A stretch of DNA of 7,478 bases, taken from the NCBI GenBank assembly GCA_046533775.1, contig JAWDOO010000014.1, forward strand, positions 1 through 7,478. The letters are read 5' to 3'. Position 1 is the first letter of the stretch. Every line of letters begins with the position of its first letter. The translations under genes and the position numbers were made by a program. The notes beneath the pieces were generated by a model, which was not told where the DNA came from, did no database searches, and saw only the letters and a list, made by a program, of their open reading frames with translations. Source of the stretch: Candidatus Nanopusillus sp. Its GTDB lineage: Archaea; Nanobdellota; Nanobdellia; Nanobdellales; Nanobdellaceae. Shown piece after piece: positions 1-5,538 of this stretch.

Positions 1-39
1 GAACAAGAAATTTTAAAGAAATTGGGAATTGAAGTGTAA
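1..39 (+). CDS. 3' end of an unidentified upstream gene (partial; start lies left of the window)
   Basis: Frame 1 is open from nt 1 and reads EQEILKKLGIEV, then TAA at 37-39. The last A of the stop is the first base of the pheT ATG (TAATG, 37-41), matching the tight coupling seen elsewhere in the window. Twelve codons are too few to assign a product. Confidence 0.35.
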   Translation, partial: EQEILKKLGIEV

Positions 40-1697
40 TGGTTGTTTTAGATGTATCTTTAAATGAATTATATAAACTATTAAATAAAAATTTATCTGA
101 AGAAGAATTAAATGAATATTTATTAAATATAAAATGCGAATTAGATGAAATTGAAGGAAATAATGCAAAAATTGAAGTAAAAGATTTTAATAGAATTGAT
201 TTATATAGTTTATCCGGAATTGCAAGAGAATTAAGGGGAATATTAAATATTGAAAAAGGTATCCCAAAATTTGAAATAAAAGATTCTAATTACGATTTAA
301 TTGTTGATAAAGAAATATTGAATGTAAGACCATATATTGTTGGTGCAGTTGTTAAAAATGTAAAATTAAATGAAGATAGATTAAAAGATTTAATACAATT
401 ACAAGAAAAAATATCACAATCTTTTGGAAGAAATAGACAAAAAGTTGCAATTGGAACACATAATTTTGATCTAATTAAATTTCCTGTTTATTATAAATTA
501 ACGGATCCTGAAACAAGATTTATTCCTTTGGGATTTGATAAAGAATTATCTTTTAAAGAAATTTTAGAAAATACAGAAGCTGGTAAAAAATATTCATATA
601 TACTAAATAAATATAATAAATATCCAATATTAATTGATTCGAATAATAATATTATTTCATTTCCACCAATAATAAATTCTAATAAAATTGGAAGATTGGA
701 TATTAATACAAAGAATATTTTTATAGATGTTTCTGGTACAGATTTAGAAAAAATATTATTAGCATTAAATGTAATTGTATTAACATTAAAAGATTTTGGA
801 GGAGAAATATATTCAATTAATATAATATATCCAGATAAAAAAATTAAAACACCAGAATTAAAAGTTATTAAAAAGGAAATGGATCTAAATAAAATTAAAA
901 AATATTTGGGAATAGAAATAGATAATAATAAAATTGTTGAATATTTAAATAGAAAAAGAATGAATGCAAAAATTGAAAATAATAAATTAATTGTTGAATA
1001 TTTAAATTATAGAGATGATATATTATCTGAATATGATATAATTGAAGAAATATTAATTTCTTATGGATATAATAATTTAAAACCGAAAGAAATTAAAATA
1101 TATACAAAGGGAGAATTAAGTAAGGAGAGAAAAATTATGAATAATATAAGAAAGATAATGGTTAATATGGGATGTATAGAAATATACACTCCAATATTAT
1201 CTAATAAGGATATAAATAATTTATTAAATGAAGATAAGGAAATTATTGAATTAATAAATCCGGCATCATCATCTTATAATTCAATTAGAGTATATTTATT
1301 ATCATCTTTCTTACAATTATTATCTGAAAATAATGAATTAAAATTCCCTGCAAAAATATTTGAACTAAATAGAGTTTCATATATTAAAAATAATAAAATT
1401 ATTGAAGATTTAGATTTATTATATATTTATTCTGATTATGAAGTTTCTGTAAATGATTCATTAAGAGTATTGAAAAGATTATTTAAAGAATTAAGAATTG
1501 ATTTTGATATAAAAAATTCGAATCATAAATTTTTAATAGATGGAAGACAAGGAAATATACTTGTAAATAATGAAAATATGGGATGGATTGGGGAAATTGA
1601 TCCAAATATATTAGAAAAATTGAGTATAAAATATCCATTAACTGGTTTTGAAATAGGTATAAAAGAATTAATAAAATATATTAAATATGATATCTGA
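39..1697 (+). CDS. pheT: Phenylalanine--tRNA ligase beta subunit, archaeal/eukaryotic type
   Basis: The 552-aa ORF has the length and motif order of archaeal PheRS beta. Motifs seen: DFNRIDLYSLSGIAREL (cf. DRPDLLS.EGIAR), VRPYIVGAVV, LQEKISQSFGRNRQKVAIGTHNFD (B3/4 editing-domain signature LQEK....GR.R..VAIG.H), ISFPPIINS, FIDVSGTD, YRDDIL..YDIIEEILISYGYNN (B5 region), NPASSSYNSIR, PAKIFELNRV and FLIDGRQGNI..GWIGEIDP. The consensus is recalled from memory. The stop is TGA at 1695-1697. Confidence 0.93.
   Translation: MVVLDVSLNELYKLLNKNLSEEELNEYLLNIKCELDEIEGNNAKIEVKDFNRIDLYSLSGIARELRGILNIEKGIPKFEIKDSNYDLIVDKEILNVRPYIVGAVVKNVKLNEDRLKDLIQLQEKISQSFGRNRQKVAIGTHNFDLIKFPVYYKLTDPETRFIPLGFDKELSFKEILENTEAGKKYSYILNKYNKYPILIDSNNNIISFPPIINSNKIGRLDINTKNIFIDVSGTDLEKILLALNVIVLTLKDFGGEIYSINIIYPDKKIKTPELKVIKKEMDLNKIKKYLGIEIDNNKIVEYLNRKRMNAKIENNKLIVEYLNYRDDILSEYDIIEEILISYGYNNLKPKEIKIYTKGELSKERKIMNNIRKIMVNMGCIEIYTPILSNKDINNLLNEDKEIIELINPASSSYNSIRVYLLSSFLQLLSENNELKFPAKIFELNRVSYIKNNKIIEDLDLLYIYSDYEVSVNDSLRVLKRLFKELRIDFDIKNSNHKFLIDGRQGNILVNNENMGWIGEIDPNILEKLSIKYPLTGFEIGIKELIKYIKYDI
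933..1007 (+). repeat. Perfect 18-nt in-frame direct repeat (attgttgaatatttaaat) at 933-950 and 990-1007 inside pheT
   Basis: Read directly from the sequence. The two copies start 57 nt (19 codons) apart and each encodes IVEYLN, within ..NNKIVEYLNRKRMNAKIENNKLIVEYLNYRDD.. Confidence 0.6.
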
Positions 1698-3087
1698 AAT
1701 AGAATATAAAGTATTATCTATATTAAATAATAATTGGAAAAATTTAGATGAGATTTCAAATGAATTAAATATTGATAAATATAAGGTATTAAGAACTTTA
1801 GGATTTTTAAAGGAAAAGGGATTAATAGAATTAAGAGAAGAAAAAATAAAAAAATATGAATTAACAGAAATTGGAAAAAAATATTTAAAGGAAGGATTAC
1901 CTGAAAGAAGATTATTAAATTTATTAAAAGAAAAGAAAGAAATAAATTTGGAAGAATTAAATAAATATTTTGATAAAGATGAATTATCCTTTTCTTTAGG
2001 ATTTTTAAGAAAAAATGGAGCAATAAAGATTGAAAATGGAAAGGTAATATATATTAAAGATATAGAAACATATGAAAGATATTTAGAAAATATTGATGAA
2101 AATACAATAAAATTATTTAAAGGAAGAAAAGGAATTATTGAAGAAAAAGAAGAAACAATTTATTATGCAAAAATAAATGATAAAGGAAAAGAAATATTAA
2201 AAAATTATAAACCAGAAGAATATATTGAAAAATATACAAAAGAAGTTATTGATAAAAAGATATATAAAAATAAGAAATTCAGACCTTATGATATAAGGAT
2301 AAATATTGAAGAAGAAAATATTGGAAGGTATAATCCATATTTAGAATTTTTAGATAAAATAAGAGAAGAATTAATATCAATGGGATTTAAAGAAATGGAT
2401 AAATATAGTATAATATTATCACATTTTTGGGATTTAGATTGTTTATTTATACCACAAGATCATCCTGCAGGAGATATTTCAATAATGGATGCATTTTATA
2501 TTAAAAATATACAATATATAGAAGATTTTCCAAAAGATTTATTTGAAAATGTTAAAAATACACAATTAAAATATTTTAAAATATTTGATGAAAATATTTC
2601 AAAAAGATCTATGTTAATATCTCATGATACTGCTATATCTGCAAGAACATTATTAAATGCCGAAAAACCTGGTAAATATTTTTTAATAGAAAAAGTATTT
2701 AGATATGATACAATTGATGCAAAACATTTTATTGAATTTAATCAACTTGAAGGAATTGTTTTAGATGATAATTTAACATTTTTAGATTTATTAGGAATAT
2801 TAAAAGAATTGGTATTAAATGTTGTAAAAGCGAAAAATATAAAATTCTATCCAGCATATTTTCCATTTACAGAACCTTCGGTTGAAGTATATGCCGAACA
2901 TCCAAAATTGGGATGGATTGAAGTTGGAGGTGCAGGTGTATTTAGGGAAGAACTATTAAAACAATTTAATATAAATTATCCAGTACTGGCCTGGGGTCTT
3001 GGTGTTGATAGACTTGCAACAATATATTTGAATATTAATGATATAAGGGAATTACATACTAGAAATATTAAAAAATTACAAGAATAA
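1687..3087 (+). CDS. pheS: Phenylalanine--tRNA ligase alpha subunit, archaeal/eukaryotic type
   Basis: The 466-aa ORF has an N-terminal helix-rich region typical of archaeal/eukaryotic alpha subunits (..YELTEIGKKYLKEGLPERRLLNLL..). The class II catalytic core carries motif 2 (VFRYDTIDAKHFIEFNQLEG) and motif 3 (GAGVFREELL...AWGLGVDRL). The ATG at 1687 lies inside the pheT 3' end (ATGATATCTGA), giving an 11-nt overlap. Confidence 0.95.
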   Translation: MISEIEYKVLSILNNNWKNLDEISNELNIDKYKVLRTLGFLKEKGLIELREEKIKKYELTEIGKKYLKEGLPERRLLNLLKEKKEINLEELNKYFDKDELSFSLGFLRKNGAIKIENGKVIYIKDIETYERYLENIDENTIKLFKGRKGIIEEKEETIYYAKINDKGKEILKNYKPEEYIEKYTKEVIDKKIYKNKKFRPYDIRINIEEENIGRYNPYLEFLDKIREELISMGFKEMDKYSIILSHFWDLDCLFIPQDHPAGDISIMDAFYIKNIQYIEDFPKDLFENVKNTQLKYFKIFDENISKRSMLISHDTAISARTLLNAEKPGKYFLIEKVFRYDTIDAKHFIEFNQLEGIVLDDNLTFLDLLGILKELVLNVVKAKNIKFYPAYFPFTEPSVEVYAEHPKLGWIEVGGAGVFREELLKQFNINYPVLAWGLGVDRLATIYLNINDIRELHTRNIKKLQE

Positions 3088-3097
3088 ATATCTTTTT

Positions 3098-3844
3098 ATG
3101 GATAATAATTTTAATGATATAATATTGAATTTTTCAAAAGATTTAATTGAAAAAGTTGATGGATTGGTAAAATCAATTGTTTTATTTGGATCATATGCAG
3201 AAAATAAAGAAACTGAAAAATCAGATATAGATTTATTAATAATAATAGATGATATATATGCAAATGATTTAAATATAACAGTTCCATTTTATTTTGATAA
3301 TTTAAATAAATTATTAGCAGATGAAAAATATAAAAAAATCCATGTAACAACATTAACATTATCAAAATTTTGGGAAATGATACTAAATGGGGATCCATTA
3401 GTTTTAGATATATTAAGAAAGGGTGAAGCAATAATAGATCCTGCAGGAATCTTTGGTTCCCTTAAAAAAATGCTAGAAAATGGACTGATAAAAACTTCAC
3501 CAGAATATTTAGAAATAATGAAAAAAAGAGCTGAAGAAGGGATAAATTATGCTAATTTAATGTTAATAAAGGCTTTTGAAAGTCTATATAATTCAGTTGT
3601 AACAATTTCTCAATATTATTTAATTAAAAATAATATAAATATATATAGTCCAGAAGATATATTGAATAAATTTGAAGAATTAAAAAGAAAAAGAAAAATT
3701 TCTACTGAAATTTATAATTATTATAAGGAAGTTTATGAATATATGAAGAAAATAGAGCATAGAGAAATTAAAAATATTGATCTGGATTTATTAAAAGAAT
3801 TTTTAGAAGAATTTGAAAAATATAAAGAAAAATTAAATATTTAA
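3098..3844 (+). CDS. Pol-beta-superfamily (minimal) nucleotidyltransferase fused to a C-terminal all-helical, HEPN-like domain; substrate unknown
   Basis: Residues 25-52 read KSIVLFGSYAENKETEKSDIDLLIIIDD. This is the canonical G-S ... D-x-D nucleotidyltransferase signature (G31-S32, D43/D45; nt 3188-3232), preceded by a hydrophobic strand. The C-terminal ~130 aa are predicted helical from K/E/L periodicity. No R-x(4-6)-H HEPN RNase motif is present. Confidence 0.75.
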   Translation: MDNNFNDIILNFSKDLIEKVDGLVKSIVLFGSYAENKETEKSDIDLLIIIDDIYANDLNITVPFYFDNLNKLLADEKYKKIHVTTLTLSKFWEMILNGDPLVLDILRKGEAIIDPAGIFGSLKKMLENGLIKTSPEYLEIMKKRAEEGINYANLMLIKAFESLYNSVVTISQYYLIKNNINIYSPEDILNKFEELKRKRKISTEIYNYYKEVYEYMKKIEHREIKNIDLDLLKEFLEEFEKYKEKLNI

Positions 3845-3845
3845 A

Positions 3846-4562
3846 ATGGAATATAAATTAATTGGACATGGTGCAGAAGCAAAGATATATTTAATTGAAA
3901 GTGATAAAAAAGAGAATGATAGATATATATTTGAACTTAATAAAGATTTTTTAAATAAATTAGAAATTGATTCTGAAGAATTTAAAATTGAAAATGATAA
4001 AAATAAAATAGTATTAAAATATAGATATAAGAAAAAATATAGAAATGAATTAATTGATAAAGAATTTAGAAAATATAGAACTAGAATTGAAGCAAAAATA
4101 TTAGAAAAATTATATAATTATATTAATGTACCTAGATTATTATATAAAAATGAGGAAAATGGAATTATTGTAATGGAATATATTGAAGGATATAATTTAG
4201 CAAAATATTTAGAAAAATTAAATTATGAAGAAATATTATATAATATAGGAAAATATATAGGATTAATCCATAAAAATAAAATTGTCCATGGAGATTTAAC
4301 TACTGGAAATATGATATATAATAATGGAAAAATATATTTTATTGATTTTGGATTAAGTTTCTTTTCTAATAGAATAGAAGATTATGCTGTAGATTTACAT
4401 TTATTTAAAGAATTATTTGAATCAAATCATTGGAGAATTTCTGATAAATTTTCTTTAATATTAGAAGGATATAAAGATAGTTTTCCAGAAAAATATGAAG
4501 AAGTTTTTCATAGATTAAAGATTGTAGAATCTAGGGGTAGATATAAATCAATATTATTTTAG
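3846..4562 (+). CDS. bud32: KEOPS complex kinase/ATPase Bud32 (Kae1-associated kinase), stand-alone form
   Basis: Motifs seen: a glycine-loop equivalent LIGHGAEAKIY, VLKYRYKKKYRNELIDKEFRKYRTRIEAKIL (cf. K.R..K.YR...LD..l...Rt..Ea), the catalytic loop HGDLTTGNM (res 148-156), IDFGLS (DFG, res 166-171), EDYAVDLHLFKE and a C-terminal VESRGRY tail. Each is characteristic of archaeal Bud32. The stop is TAG at 4560-4562. Confidence 0.9.
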   Translation: MEYKLIGHGAEAKIYLIESDKKENDRYIFELNKDFLNKLEIDSEEFKIENDKNKIVLKYRYKKKYRNELIDKEFRKYRTRIEAKILEKLYNYINVPRLLYKNEENGIIVMEYIEGYNLAKYLEKLNYEEILYNIGKYIGLIHKNKIVHGDLTTGNMIYNNGKIYFIDFGLSFFSNRIEDYAVDLHLFKELFESNHWRISDKFSLILEGYKDSFPEKYEEVFHRLKIVESRGRYKSILF

Positions 4563-4580
4563 ATTATTGATTACCAACAT

Positions 4581-4604
4581 TATTTAAAAATAACTTAAAT
4601 ATAC
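4581..4604 (+). promoter_or_regulatory. Candidate archaeal TATA-box region for the zinc-ribbon/Rpp30-like gene pair
   Basis: This lies in the only substantial intergenic spacer of the window (4563-4623). It holds two TATA-like elements, TTTAAAAATAA (4583-4593) and CTTAAATATA (4594-4603). The second is centred about 25 nt upstream of the ATG at 4624, which would fit a leaderless or near-leaderless transcript. TATA-like words are common by chance at this base composition. Confidence 0.3.
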
Positions 4605-4623
4605 CAAAAATTCTTAATACCAT

Positions 4624-4806
4624 ATGGCAACATACATATGCCCAAGCTGTCATTCAACAAATATAGTACCATTATTTGCAAAAGATAATAGTTGGGTATG
4701 TTTAGATTGTGGATATCAGGGCCCTGCACAGTTAATAAATAAAGATCTAGAATATTTTTGGAACGAATATGAAAAAATTGAAAATATAAATAAGGTTAAG
4801 AAATAA
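4624..4806 (+). CDS. Small zinc-ribbon protein (60 aa), function unknown
   Basis: The protein has C6-x2-C9 ... C26-x2-C29 (ICPSCH ... WVCLDCGY), a four-Cys zinc-ribbon pattern, followed by an acidic helical tail (DLEYFWNEYEKIENINKVKK). The first ~120 nt are visibly less AT-biased than the surroundings, consistent with constrained coding. It sits after the promoter-like spacer and 9 nt upstream of the next gene. Confidence 0.6.
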   Translation: MATYICPSCHSTNIVPLFAKDNSWVCLDCGYQGPAQLINKDLEYFWNEYEKIENINKVKK

Positions 4807-4815
4807 ATATTTTTT

Positions 4816-5538
4816 ATGTATGATTTCTGTTTACCAGATAATAATGAAGAAGAATTAGCAAGTGAATATTATAAAAATAAGATAAAAAATGTTGTTTTTT
4901 GTTATGAAGTTTTTGATAAAAGTGATTTAAGATATTTTAAATTAAATAATATATTATATTATAAGAAATTAAATATATTTTATTGTGCATTAATAAATAA
5001 TGAAGATTTTAAAAAATCTTTAGAAATTGCAAATGAATTATTCTACTCTGATAAATATTATAACGATTTAGTATTTATTATTGGAAGAGATTTAAATTAT
5101 AATGATAAAATTTTAAGTAAATATTTTTTAAATGGAATATTTGATCCAATTAAATATGATAAAAAATATATTTTTAGAGGAATAAATTATGTAAATATTA
5201 AAAGAATAAAAGAAAATAATTTATCAATTCTTTTTTCAATGAAGAATTTGATTAATGATATAGAAAAATTTTATACAACTAAAAAATTCTTGGAATTTGC
5301 TCAAAAGAAATATTTAAATATTCTTATAGGATCCTTTGCAGAAAATAAAAATGAAGTTCCAAATAGATATCATATATATTCTTTTTATAAAGTCTTAGGA
5401 ATTTATTATAGTTTAAATTATTTAAATAAAATATTTAGAGAACAAATAATTAGAATAAGATTGGCAAAGAGAAAAGATTATTTTACAAAAGGATTTTATA
5501 TAATCTCTTATCCATATCAAGATTGTAGAGAATATTAA
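4816..5538 (+). CDS. Divergent RNase P protein component 3 (Rpp30/Rnp3)-like, PHP/TIM-barrel family
   Basis: The 240-aa ORF is collinear at motif level with archaeal Rpp30 sequences as I recall them. MYDFCLP corresponds to the N-terminal f.D....p. NGIFDPI..(x9)..GINYVNIKRIKENNLSILFSMKNLIN corresponds to vDilS.P......GIDHVLA+la..n.VAiE.nf..LL. FLEFAQKKYLNILIGSFAENKNEV.NRYHI..F.KVLG corresponds to l+lak+y.vp.viSsdA....e.R.P.DL......lG. Several normally conserved positions are replaced (GIDH becomes GINY). The call is tentative. Confidence 0.5.
   Translation: MYDFCLPDNNEEELASEYYKNKIKNVVFCYEVFDKSDLRYFKLNNILYYKKLNIFYCALINNEDFKKSLEIANELFYSDKYYNDLVFIIGRDLNYNDKILSKYFLNGIFDPIKYDKKYIFRGINYVNIKRIKENNLSILFSMKNLINDIEKFYTTKKFLEFAQKKYLNILIGSFAENKNEVPNRYHIYSFYKVLGIYYSLNYLNKIFREQIIRIRLAKRKDYFTKGFYIISYPYQDCREY

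Noticed and set aside
1718-2023. 101-aa minus-strand ORF inside pheS
   Set aside because: It lies antisense to a confidently identified gene. Its L/I/F-rich low-complexity translation is what the reverse complement of K/E/N-rich AT-biased coding sequence produces. It has no recognisable motif.
3111-3431. 106-aa minus-strand ORF inside the nucleotidyltransferase gene
   Set aside because: This is the same antisense shadow-ORF situation. The translation is low-complexity and hydrophobic, and the plus-strand frame carries a clear GS...DxD active-site signature.
3098-3844. MNT/HEPN toxin-antitoxin or defence module
   Set aside because: It is a single fused polypeptide rather than a two-gene pair. 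It lacks an R-x(4-6)-H HEPN nuclease motif. It is embedded in a housekeeping operon with 10-nt and 1-nt gaps.
4624-4806. Identifying the 60-aa zinc-ribbon protein as RpoP, Spt4 or ribosomal protein L37ae/eL43
   Set aside because: The knuckle spacing and the W-x-C feature resemble eL43 and RpoP ribbons. However, the protein lacks the basic N-terminal extension of eL43, the basic C-terminal R/K tail of RpoP and the NGN-binding portion of Spt4. Its tail is acidic. It remains unassigned.
3085-4810. TAAATAT at every gene junction (3085, ~3834, 4596, 4804) as internal TATA-box promoters
   Set aside because: The heptamer and its AAATAT core are common throughout coding sequence here as Lys-Tyr or Asn-Ile codons. 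At three of the four sites it lies only 5-12 nt from the next ATG, too close for an archaeal TATA box. Only the 4594-4603 copy in the 61-nt spacer was kept, as a low-confidence promoter.
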